Shown: positions 1-8,388 of the stretch, one piece after another
How the letters are laid out: each line of letters opens with the position of its first letter
How positions within the stretch are numbered: the first letter of the stretch is position 1
Source: Thermoplasmatota archaeon
GTDB lineage: Archaea > Thermoplasmatota > JAKEGO01
Assembly (NCBI GenBank): GCA_028279595.1
Contig: JANQNK010000006.1
Coordinates: 128,001-192,000, forward strand
Direction of reading: 5' to 3'
DNA length: 64,000 nt
Made by a program: the position numbers and the translations under genes
The notes under the pieces: model-generated
The model's input: the letters and a program-made list of their open reading frames with translations, nothing else
Told to the model about the DNA's origin: nothing
Database searches by the model: none

Positions 1-1
1 G

Positions 2-241
2 CAGGACCAGTACCAGAAGCTCGCAGACGCTGTTTACTTCCGCAGGGGATGGACACACAACGGCGTCCCAACGCCCCAGAAGATGATATCACTCGGGTTC
101 GGTGACGAGGCGGACATGCTCAGGATGCTCCAGGACCGGATCGACGCTGACACAGCAGCGGGACTCAACGACTGGGGCGGTAATTACGACGAAAGCGAAG
201 ACCCGCCGTCCGACGATCCCCTGTACTGGGAGAAATGGTGA
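2..241 (+). CDS. C-terminal end (partial) of an aldehyde:ferredoxin oxidoreductase family (W/Mo-pterin) enzyme
   Basis: Frame 2 translates to ...QKLADAVYFRRGWTHNGVPTPQKMISLGF...EKW*, matching the AOR C-terminal Y-x-x-RGW-x-x-x-G-V-P-T motif. Cofactor-maturation genes follow. Confidence 0.75.
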   Translation, partial: QDQYQKLADAVYFRRGWTHNGVPTPQKMISLGFGDEADMLRMLQDRIDADTAAGLNDWGGNYDESEDPPSDDPLYWEKW

Positions 242-444
242 ACAAGGACGCCATTGCTAAATGAGAGTCGGACCGTATCCAATGCCCGCGCTTGAATTGA
301 ATAGGTAGTAGGTTTCAACCTGGGTAATCCTGCCCATGCTAAGGCTCGTCAACATTATGTCAAGGATGACAATATGTGGTACTGGCTCCCTTTCCCGACA
401 TTAGCGGATAGTTTTAAACGGAAAGTTGGCAATTCGGTTCCATC

Positions 445-1035
445 ATGCAGAACAGCGAGATCACCGCCAGGCTGAAGGAGGCCTCTGTGGGCATTGCCGG
501 AGCCGGCGGTCTTGGATCGAACGTTGCCATGACCCTGGCGAGGGCCGGGGTGGGCCGTCTCGTCATCGTCGACATGGACCTCGTGGAGAAGGGCAACCTG
601 GACAGGCAGTGCTTCTTCCTCGACCAGGTGGGGATGCCCAAGGTCGAGGCACTCAAGGAGAACATCGAGCGGGCCGTGGAAGGCGTCGTGGTCGATGCAC
701 GGGAGGTCATGCTCGACGAGGGAAGCATGGACGAGCCCTTCAGGGACGTCGATATCATAGTCGAGGCGCTCGATCTGGCCGAGACGAAGGTCCGTCTGAT
801 CGAGGAGGTCCTCATCAAGCTTCCGAAGACACCGATCGTCGCCGCCTCGGGCGTTGGCGGCATCGGCGGGAGCGAGCGCGTGTCGCTCAGGGTCTCCGGG
901 ACCCTGTATCTGATCGAGGACCCCCACGGCATCCCGTGCGAGGAGGGCATCCTCACGGGGCCGAAGGTCGGACTCATGGCCCACTGGCAGGCGAACACGG
1001 TCATGGAGATCCTTCTGGGAGGTTCCTGCGAATGA
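445..1035 (+). CDS. thiF: ThiF/MoeB-family sulfur-carrier adenylyltransferase (E1-like)
   Basis: GIAGAGGLGS nucleotide-binding motif and D-x-D-x-V-E-x-x-NL-x-RQ motif; overlaps the downstream sulfur-carrier gene. Confidence 0.9.
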   Translation: MQNSEITARLKEASVGIAGAGGLGSNVAMTLARAGVGRLVIVDMDLVEKGNLDRQCFFLDQVGMPKVEALKENIERAVEGVVVDAREVMLDEGSMDEPFRDVDIIVEALDLAETKVRLIEEVLIKLPKTPIVAASGVGGIGGSERVSLRVSGTLYLIEDPHGIPCEEGILTGPKVGLMAHWQANTVMEILLGGSCE

Positions 1036-1229
1036 TAACGGTCAACGGCAATGGAAGGGACCACGTCCCCGATGAGACCGTGTCCGGCCTCCTGAAGCGC
1101 CTCAACTACATCTTTCCCTTGGTAATAGTCAAGATCAACGGAACGGTGGTCCCGCGGGATTCGTTCCCGTCGGTCAACGTCCCCGACGGGGCCACGGTCG
1201 AGGTTATCCACCTGACCAGCGGAGGATGA
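1032..1229 (+). CDS. thiS: ThiS/MoaD-family ubiquitin-like sulfur carrier, 65 aa
   Basis: MITVNG...VEVIHLTSGG with C-terminal diglycine; ATGA overlap with thiF. Confidence 0.9.
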   Translation: MITVNGNGRDHVPDETVSGLLKRLNYIFPLVIVKINGTVVPRDSFPSVNVPDGATVEVIHLTSGG

Positions 1230-1234
1230 TACAT

Positions 1235-1405
1235 ATGGACAAGCTCGAGAGTGCACTCGCGGAGAGGGCAGTGGACGGGAGGATACCATGCAAGGTGGCG
1301 CTCGCGACTGCGAACGAACACAACGTCTCTCCGAAGGTCGTCGGGGAGGCCCTCGACAGAATGGATATCAGGATCGTCAACTGCCAGCTCGGCTGCTTCG
1401 AGTGA
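1235..1405 (+). CDS. Small Cys-containing protein, 56 aa (IPC...NCQLGCF); not in the ORF track
   Basis: GGAGG SD upstream; MDKLESALAERAVDGRIPCKVALATANEHNVSPKVVGEALDRMDIRIVNCQLGCFE*; fills the gap between thiS and mobB. Confidence 0.8.
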   Translation: MDKLESALAERAVDGRIPCKVALATANEHNVSPKVVGEALDRMDIRIVNCQLGCFE

Positions 1406-1410
1406 ATCGA

Positions 1411-1941
1411 ATGTTGATCGTTTCGCTGATGGGATTGAAGAAGTGCGGAAAGACCACGACCGCCGAGGCATTGATCCGTGAGTTAAAATCCCGAGGTATG
1501 AACGTCTGCGCTGTCAAGTTCATGCCCCACTCGCAGTTCACGATCGACGTGGAGGGCAAGGACACCTTCAGACAGTTCAGTGCGGGCGCCGATATGGTGA
1601 TATCTCTTTCCGAGGGCCAGGTGGCAACAGTGGAACGGGCAGAGGGACGTACGGGTCTGGATGATGCCCTCGACAAGGTCCCGGAAAGCATCGACATAGT
1701 GATCTGCGAGGGCCTCACAGCCGAGCATCCGCGTGCTTGTACCGTCGTTCTCTCAAAGAGCGTCGATGGACTCGACGAGACGTTCAGGGTGAGGGGTAGA
1801 CCATCGAAGATCATCGCTTTCGCTGGTGTAATGGCCAACGATCTGGACCCTGGTGCCGAGATAGACGGAATTCCTGTGTTCAACGTGAATTCGCACGATG
1901 ATACGGTGCGTTTGGCCGATGTCGTCCTCTCCTGCCGCTGA
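1411..1941 (+). CDS. mobB: Molybdopterin-guanine dinucleotide biosynthesis protein B
   Basis: P-loop GLKKCGKTT, AVK..H..F.ID.EGKDT and DIVICEG motifs. Confidence 0.85.
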   Translation: MLIVSLMGLKKCGKTTTAEALIRELKSRGMNVCAVKFMPHSQFTIDVEGKDTFRQFSAGADMVISLSEGQVATVERAEGRTGLDDALDKVPESIDIVICEGLTAEHPRACTVVLSKSVDGLDETFRVRGRPSKIIAFAGVMANDLDPGAEIDGIPVFNVNSHDDTVRLADVVLSCR

Positions 1942-2081
1942 AGGGCCGATTTTGGGCATTTTAAGCCTTTTGTGGGCATTCTACAGGATTGGATAACAGG
2001 ACTGGGGGGGGCAAAACGGTTAAAAAGGCCCGATGAATAACATGACACCTTCCACGTGAACGGAGGATATGGAGTCACTGA

Positions 2082-2915
2082 ATGAGCCCGAGGAGCATGA
2101 AGAGCAGGAGGAGCCGTTTCGAGGAGTACGAGGAAGACGACCTCCCCGACGAGCCGGACGACGGACCAGTCACGGACAGGCCGAGGGAGGAACCCCCGGC
2201 AGAGGAGGAGGAAGTGGAAGGGGAGGAGGAAGAGGCCGAAGAGGAGGAGGCGTTCCCCGACTTCGACAAGGAACTCGCCGACAAGGCTACGGCCCAACAG
2301 GGCGCGAGCCTCTCCCAGACATTCATGATCTTCCTGTTCATGATGACGATCATAATCATCATAGATCCGTCGATGCGTCGCTCTGCAGGACTCACCGTGG
2401 GCGCGGTCTTCGAACCGCTCATCGGGTTCGACGGAAAGTATCCTGTGTTCACGTTGATGTGCGCTTCCATGATCATGGTGAGCTTCTCATCCGTGCTGAG
2501 GCACTTCTTCACGGACTGGTACGAGACAGCCAGGTCCCAGAAGATAATGTCTACATACCAGAAGGAGCTCCGAGAGGCGCGGATGGCAGGCAACCAGAAC
2601 AAGGTGAAGAAGCTCATGGAGAAGCAGGGCGAGATCATGGCATATCAGTCCAAGATCATGCTCTCATCGATGAAGTCCATGGTCTTCACGACGATCGTCG
2701 CGATATCGATATTCACATGGCTGTTCACCTTCTTCGACAGCCTCGACTATCAGTACATCTCGCTCCCGTGGGCGGCGAGGTGGTCCATGATGGACAATCC
2801 GTACATTTTCCCAAACTGGGTACTCATATATTCCCTGATCTCGATACCCACCGGACAGCTCATCCTGCGTATATTGAAGATAATCGAGTTCCGGCCGAAG
2901 GGGTATAACGCATGA
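2082..2915 (+). CDS. DUF106 / EMC3-TMCO1 (Oxa1 superfamily) membrane insertase with a long acidic N-terminus
   Basis: TM, coiled-coil (QKELREARMAGNQNKVKKL), TM, then W..Y.L.S; canonical position upstream of cmk. Confidence 0.85.
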   Translation: MSPRSMKSRRSRFEEYEEDDLPDEPDDGPVTDRPREEPPAEEEEVEGEEEEAEEEEAFPDFDKELADKATAQQGASLSQTFMIFLFMMTIIIIIDPSMRRSAGLTVGAVFEPLIGFDGKYPVFTLMCASMIMVSFSSVLRHFFTDWYETARSQKIMSTYQKELREARMAGNQNKVKKLMEKQGEIMAYQSKIMLSSMKSMVFTTIVAISIFTWLFTFFDSLDYQYISLPWAARWSMMDNPYIFPNWVLIYSLISIPTGQLILRILKIIEFRPKGYNA

Positions 2916-3457
2916 TCACGGTCGGCGGACTCCCCGGGACCGGGACGACGACCGTCTGCAGGCTCCTCTCCGAGGCTCTCGGTCTCGAACACATATACGC
3001 AGGAGACATCTTCCGCAGGATGGCGGAAGAGAAGGGGATGGACCTCGTGGAATTCAACGTGTATTCCGAGACCCACCCCGAGGTCGACCGCGACCTCGAT
3101 GCCAGACAGATCGAACTGGCAGGCAAGGGCGGCCTGGTCCTCGAGGGAAGGATGTCCGGCTTCATGCTTCACAGGGAAGGTATACGTTCATTCAACGTCT
3201 GGCTGACCTGCTCGATCGACGAGAAGGTCAGGCGACTCGTGGAGAGGGAGCAGGGCGATCCCGAGGAGAGGGCCAGGGAGATCGAGGCGAGGGAGGCCTC
3301 GGAGCGGAAACGGTACACCGACCTCTACGGTTTCGACCCGGCTGACAGGCAGCAGCTCCTGACGACCTTCGACCTCGTCCTCGACACCACCGAGGTTCCA
3401 GCGGAGGACGTTGCCTCACTCATCGCAAATGCGTACAGGGGGTGGTCCTCTGGATGA
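2912..3457 (+). CDS. cmk: Cytidylate kinase (archaeal type)
   Basis: ITVGGLPGTGTTT, AGDIFR, D..LD.RQ, LEGR and RE.SE.KRY motifs. Confidence 0.92.
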   Translation: MITVGGLPGTGTTTVCRLLSEALGLEHIYAGDIFRRMAEEKGMDLVEFNVYSETHPEVDRDLDARQIELAGKGGLVLEGRMSGFMLHREGIRSFNVWLTCSIDEKVRRLVEREQGDPEERAREIEAREASERKRYTDLYGFDPADRQQLLTTFDLVLDTTEVPAEDVASLIANAYRGWSSG

Positions 3458-4346
3458 CCCCTACACCAACGGAATAATATTGCTGGACAAGCCCATGGGG
3501 CCTTCCAGCCATCAGGCATCCGCTTGGGTCCGGGACATCTTCGGCATCGATAAGGCGGGACACGGAGGGACCCTCGACCCACGAGTGACTGGCGTGCTCG
3601 TGGTCATGCTCGGCAACGCCACCCGGGGTGCCGGTGCACTCAATTACGGGGAGAAGGAGTACATCGGCGTCATCCGGTTCCACCGGGACGTCGACATCGA
3701 TACGGTATCCGAGACCGTGGAGCTCTTCACCGGCCGGATCTATCAGACGCCTCCTGTCCGGTCAGCGGTCGCGCGGAGACTGAGGCAGAGGACCATCCAC
3801 GAGCTCGAGTTCATCGAGATGGATGGACGGGACGCCCTGATACGCGCCAGGTGCGAGTCGGGTACCTACATCAGAACACTTGCAAGGGACATGGGGCGTG
3901 CGATCGGCACCGGAGCGCATCTCCAGGAACTCCGCCGGACGCGGTCATGTACCTTTACCATCGATGAATGCGTGACACTCCAGGACGTCAAGGACGCCCA
4001 TCACTTCTGGAAGGAGGAGGGCGACAGCACAGAGATGGACAGGATAGTGCAGCCCTTCGAGAGGCTGTTCGACCATCTGCCCGCGATCGTTGTCAAGGAT
4101 TCAGCCGTTGACGCTCTATGTCACGGCGCACCGCTGATGGCCCCTGGCGTCAGGAGCGCTTCTGGAGAGATCCGCAAGGGATCGATGGTCAGTGTCAAGA
4201 CCACCAAGGGCGAGGTCGTGGGCCTTGCCAAGACCGTCCTCGACGTGAAGACGATGGTCGAGGAGGAGAAGGGATTCGCAGCTAAGATGACCCGGGTCTT
4301 CATGGACCCGGGCACCTATCACAGGGTATGGAAGGTGAAGGGATGA
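3450..4346 (+). CDS. cbf5: Cbf5/TruB H/ACA RNA-guided pseudouridine synthase with PUA domain; probable CTG start
   Basis: DKP.GPSSHQ, GHGGTLDP, QTPPVRSAV, CESGTYIR and ELRR motifs; GGGGGTG SD followed by 5 nt then CTG at 3450. Confidence 0.93.
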   Translation: MDDPYTNGIILLDKPMGPSSHQASAWVRDIFGIDKAGHGGTLDPRVTGVLVVMLGNATRGAGALNYGEKEYIGVIRFHRDVDIDTVSETVELFTGRIYQTPPVRSAVARRLRQRTIHELEFIEMDGRDALIRARCESGTYIRTLARDMGRAIGTGAHLQELRRTRSCTFTIDECVTLQDVKDAHHFWKEEGDSTEMDRIVQPFERLFDHLPAIVVKDSAVDALCHGAPLMAPGVRSASGEIRKGSMVSVKTTKGEVVGLAKTVLDVKTMVEEEKGFAAKMTRVFMDPGTYHRVWKVKG

Positions 4347-5041
4347 TCGGTATATCTCTCGGGACCGGATTGAGCGACGCAGTGTTGATGGGCTTCACGC
4401 CGACATCGGTCGACGTGGGCGGAAAGCAGGTGGACCTTTACGTCGGGAAGATGGAGGACGTGGATGCAGTGCTCCTGCCGAGACATGGAATGACCCACCA
4501 GAACCCTCCTCACATGATAGACCACGGAGCCAACATGAAGGCGCTGCAGCAACTTGGCGTGGCCTCGATCATCGGTCTGTCATCCGCTGGAAGTCTGAAA
4601 CGGCTCATCAGGGCTCCATCGCTGGTCATTCCCGACGATTACATCGAGATGATGCCCGCGACGACGTCGCACGAGGGACCTATACATGTCATACCCGGAC
4701 TCTCGGAGAGGATCCGGGACATCCTGATATCGACCTCGAACGAGCTGAACATCAGGCCGCTGTACGACCGCGGCATATACTACCAGACACAGGGTCCAAG
4801 GCTCGAGACACTCGCCGAGGTCAAATATCTCTCATCGTTCGCGGACGTCGTCGGCATGACGATGGGCAGCGAGGCAACGATATGTTGCGAACTCGGTCTT
4901 GAGTACGCCTCCCTCTGCACCGTGGACAACTATGCCCACGGCGTCGGTACGGAGGAGGAGCTCAGGACCATCGGGATCCGTGCCAAGGAGAACACCGCCA
5001 ACGCATGGAAGGTCGTCGAGAAGGTCGTCTCCCGTTTGTGA
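4343..5041 (+). CDS. mtnP: MTAP-family purine nucleoside (methylthioadenosine/inosine) phosphorylase
   Basis: LPRHG..H..PPH.I, GPRLET.AE, DVVGMT and DNYA motifs. Confidence 0.88.
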   Translation: MIGISLGTGLSDAVLMGFTPTSVDVGGKQVDLYVGKMEDVDAVLLPRHGMTHQNPPHMIDHGANMKALQQLGVASIIGLSSAGSLKRLIRAPSLVIPDDYIEMMPATTSHEGPIHVIPGLSERIRDILISTSNELNIRPLYDRGIYYQTQGPRLETLAEVKYLSSFADVVGMTMGSEATICCELGLEYASLCTVDNYAHGVGTEEELRTIGIRAKENTANAWKVVEKVVSRL

Positions 5042-5153
5042 CCTTGCCATCCAGGCAATAGACCAATTCCTCATGTCCAGATCGGCTGCCCATTCGATCG
5101 GAAAATTATCGAGCCGGACCGGCAGTATAGAGACCGGTCCGGCCATGTGTGGT

Positions 5154-5744
5154 TCAAGCCTTGAGGGCGTTCAGGATGTCGTCGCCGAAGGTCTCGATCC
5201 TCGTCTGTCCTAGGCCGTAGACCTCCGACAGCTCGTCGTGGTCGTTCGGACGCCTCCTGACGATCTCGAGCAGGGTGCGGTTGCTGAAGATCCTGTACGG
5301 CCTGACGCCCTCTTTCTCGGCGAGGTCGCTCCTTATCTTCAGGAGCTTGTTCAGGACCTCCTCGCTCTCGGAGGAAGGCTTGTAGCCGTCCACGCCGAGG
5401 ACCTCCTTGAGGAAGTGGGGGACCTGTCCTCCGGACATGTACCTCTCGCCCTCCTCCGTCACCTTGAGCACGGGGCGCGCCCCGTCCGTCCTCTCCACGA
5501 GCCCGAAATCGGTCAGCCTGTCTATCAGGCCGTAGATCTGGCTCCTTCTGAAGGAGCCGAGCATCCCGTAGGTCTCCAGCGTGTGCAGGTTCATGCTGAA
5601 CACGTATGGCGAGACCGATCCGCGGAGTATGTCGCACACCTTCCGCCTTCCCAGGCTCATGGGGCATTCGTAGATGCTGTAAAGCACCGTTCTAGCGATC
5701 GAACCCTCCAGGTCCGATATGATGTCATGTTCCCATATTTCCAT
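5154..5744 (-). CDS. Stand-alone RQC (winged helix) + HRDC domain protein
   Basis: G...DILRGS...TYG.L (RQC) and R..LA....V.PY.IFSN.TL.EI...P....EL..V.G.G......G..IL (HRDC); GAGGTG SD followed by 5 nt then ATG. Confidence 0.85.
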   Translation of the reverse strand: MEIWEHDIISDLEGSIARTVLYSIYECPMSLGRRKVCDILRGSVSPYVFSMNLHTLETYGMLGSFRRSQIYGLIDRLTDFGLVERTDGARPVLKVTEEGERYMSGGQVPHFLKEVLGVDGYKPSSESEEVLNKLLKIRSDLAEKEGVRPYRIFSNRTLLEIVRRRPNDHDELSEVYGLGQTRIETFGDDILNALKA

Positions 5745-5875
5745 TCCATCACCTCGGGGAACACTAGGGGTCATAGTCCATGTAGGGTGGTTGGAAGTTA
5801 CCGTAAGGGAGAATGGTAGTCTCTTCGAGAAATCCTTATAACATATCCACTCCTTTCGAATCCAGAGGGGATCAT

Positions 5876-6433
5876 ATCAAGAAACTTGGAACAATAATGT
5901 GCATATTCGTTCTCGTAGGGTTGGTCATGACTGCGGGATGCAGCGAGGACGATGACAGTGACGAAGGCGAATGGGAGCAGGTCGGGGTGTCCATCGCATG
6001 GGACCTGAACGTACAGGTGGACAACTATCGAATCGATATAATCCACGTCGAAGCCGAGAGCTTGGATGTCGTCACATGGTCCGTCCATGACGAGGACATG
6101 CTGGTGGTGGACTGGGACGATCCCGATGGCCGAAACGTCAGGATGCAGGACGACCTGTCGGAGATAAATCATTCCAGCGATGACTATGATATCGCAGTGA
6201 CGAAGCTGTCCGGAACGTTCTACTCCCGGAACCGGACCGGTTCCGCAAGCAGGAACCAGACCTTATGCGTGGTCTTCATGGACATCAACGCAGACGGGAT
6301 GATGAGCAGCGGTGACGCGATCTGGATCCGCTCGCTGGACAATGACGGATGTGCTGGAGAGAACTACAGGTTCAGATTGTTCAATGAACGTGTCGGCGAT
6401 GATTACGGAGAGAGGACATTGCCGGCAACCTGA
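5876..6433 (+). CDS. Secreted lipoprotein of unknown function; probable ATC start
   Basis: KKLG-hydrophobic-TAGC lipobox followed by an acidic linker. A TATA at ~5836 lies downstream of the ORF-track start at 5813. Confidence 0.7.
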   Translation: MKKLGTIMCIFVLVGLVMTAGCSEDDDSDEGEWEQVGVSIAWDLNVQVDNYRIDIIHVEAESLDVVTWSVHDEDMLVVDWDDPDGRNVRMQDDLSEINHSSDDYDIAVTKLSGTFYSRNRTGSASRNQTLCVVFMDINADGMMSSGDAIWIRSLDNDGCAGENYRFRLFNERVGDDYGERTLPAT

Positions 6434-6499
6434 TTGGGAATAATCATCACCGAACATAAACGTTTTAAGCGGCCAGGCAGTTCCCTGCCCGGTGATGTA

Positions 6500-7444
6500 A
6501 TGCGTATAGTGTTCCTAGAGGTGGAGCCGGTGGACGAGCAGTCCGTCTACGAGATGTTCAGCGGCCATGATGTCACGGTCTATCACGAGATATTCGACAT
6601 TCCCAAGTTGAGGGAGGTCTGCGCAGATGCGGAGGTCATCTCGCCCTTCATCTACTCGAAGATCGACAGGAGCGTCATCGACGCCGCACCCGACCTTAAG
6701 CTGATAACGACGAGGTCCACCGGGTTCGACCACGTCGACACGAAATATGCCGCCGAGAAGGGGATCCCGGTCTGCAACGTTCCGCAGTACGGAATGAACA
6801 CCGTCGCCGAACACGCTTTCGCGCTGATCCTCGACATAATCCGCAAGCTCTCGCCCTCTTGGGACACGGTCAAGGCCGGAAAGTTCTCCTATGAAGGGTT
6901 CCGGGGGCGCGACATGAAGGGAAAGACCATCGGCGTGATCGGGACCGGCAGGATTGGTCTCCATGCGGTGAGGATCGCCAACGGCTTCGAGATGGACGTC
7001 ATCGCATACGATGTCTATCACAACGAACCTGCCCGTGCGGAGTTGGGATTCGAATACGTAGAACTCGACGAGCTGATGGAGAGGTCGGATATTATCACCA
7101 TACACCTGCCGTTGCTCGAATCGACCTTCCACCTCATCAACAGGGAACGGATCGACCAGGCGAAGAAGGGAGTTATCATAGTGAACACAGCGCGGGGTCC
7201 GATCGTGGACACCGATGCCATCGTGTACGGTTTCGAGAAGGGCATACTAGGTGGGGCTGGCCTCGACGTGGTCGAGGATGAGCTCTCACTCACCACGGAC
7301 CATCCGCTGCTCGGTTTCGAGAACGTGGTTATCAGTCCGCACACAGCCTTCTACACTGACGAGGCCATGCTGCGGATCCTCGGGACGACGCTGGACAACG
7401 TGAACGGGTTCATCGATGGCACGCCGGTCAACCTGGTCGAGTGA
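6500..7444 (+). CDS. D-isomer-specific 2-hydroxyacid (D-lactate-type) dehydrogenase
   Basis: TRSTGFDH, VAEH, GVIGTGRIG, NTARG, GLDV.E.E and PH.AFYT motifs. Confidence 0.92.
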   Translation: MRIVFLEVEPVDEQSVYEMFSGHDVTVYHEIFDIPKLREVCADAEVISPFIYSKIDRSVIDAAPDLKLITTRSTGFDHVDTKYAAEKGIPVCNVPQYGMNTVAEHAFALILDIIRKLSPSWDTVKAGKFSYEGFRGRDMKGKTIGVIGTGRIGLHAVRIANGFEMDVIAYDVYHNEPARAELGFEYVELDELMERSDIITIHLPLLESTFHLINRERIDQAKKGVIIVNTARGPIVDTDAIVYGFEKGILGGAGLDVVEDELSLTTDHPLLGFENVVISPHTAFYTDEAMLRILGTTLDNVNGFIDGTPVNLVE

Positions 7445-7458
7445 GAGAGGGTGTGTGT

Positions 7459-8385
7459 ATGGTCCTCCTGGAAGAAGCGGACCTCGATGCCTTTCCCTGT
7501 GACGACTGTGACCTGTGCGATGCTGTCTGTCCTGTATTCAGCCTTACCAGGTCGGAAGAGGACTCACCGCGCCATCGTGTCTCCACGGCTCGACAGCTCC
7601 AGAAGGGCGAGATAGAGCCCGATGGGGATGCGTTCGAGGTCATGTTCCGTTCCTCCCTGTGCGGCAGATGCGACGACGTCTGTCCGTCGGAGCTTCCGAT
7701 CTCCGAGGTGATCATCGCAGCAAGGCAGATGCTCATCTACAGCGGACCGGACCGGTCCCGCGGGATGATGGACCGTCTCCTGCGTGAGGGAACACCCTTC
7801 GATCCCGAACCGGCGGTCGAGATCGAGGGGGACGGCACTGTCTACTTCGCCGATCCAGTATCCCGTTCTACGGGGGTCGCTAACTCGGTCGTGAGGGCAT
7901 TGGCCCTGTCTGACACAGGTATCGGCGCCATCGGAGGAAACAGCGGGCTCTACAATCGCATTCTGGGGGATCCCGAGGGCCTTGCAGAGAACTATTCGAA
8001 CTTCATCTCCGTACTCGAGGAGCGCGAGGTCTCCCGATTGGTGATGTCGAACCCCGAGGAGATGGAACATGTCATGCATCACCTGGACCTGGAGGTCGAG
8101 GTCCTGACGCTCGACGAACTGGGCGCCATAGGACCGACCGACCGGGAATACCTGATGACGCCATTCGAATCCCGGGATCGGGTGCCTATGCCCCAGGTGA
8201 GGTCGGCGGGTACCCTAGACATCGACTGCTGTCTCTGGGGAGGTATGCTTCCCCTGAACAAACACACTGCCAAGGACATCGCGTCCGTCACCGGCGACCA
8301 CCTGGTCACGGGGGACCCGCTGACCTGGCAGATACTCGTCAACATGGGCAGGGATATCGTACACGTGGTCGATCTTCTTCAATAG
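7459..8385 (+). CDS. (Fe-S)-binding protein, GlpC/HdrD-like, with degenerate CCG domains
   Basis: CDDCDLCDAVCP, SPR.R and SSLCGRCDDVCP motifs; only one CC remains in the C-terminal half. Confidence 0.75.
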   Translation: MVLLEEADLDAFPCDDCDLCDAVCPVFSLTRSEEDSPRHRVSTARQLQKGEIEPDGDAFEVMFRSSLCGRCDDVCPSELPISEVIIAARQMLIYSGPDRSRGMMDRLLREGTPFDPEPAVEIEGDGTVYFADPVSRSTGVANSVVRALALSDTGIGAIGGNSGLYNRILGDPEGLAENYSNFISVLEEREVSRLVMSNPEEMEHVMHHLDLEVEVLTLDELGAIGPTDREYLMTPFESRDRVPMPQVRSAGTLDIDCCLWGGMLPLNKHTAKDIASVTGDHLVTGDPLTWQILVNMGRDIVHVVDLLQ

Positions 8386-8388
8386 AAT

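Noticed and set aside
242-444. Moco/Wco riboswitch between AOR and thiF
   Set aside because: Only a weak imperfect hairpin (~352-377) is present; the characteristic conserved elements could not be recognised.
426-1031. 267-aa ORF apparently extending ThiS at its N-terminus
   Set aside because: The extension is an alternate frame over thiF; the real start is ATG 1032 with a GGAGG SD.
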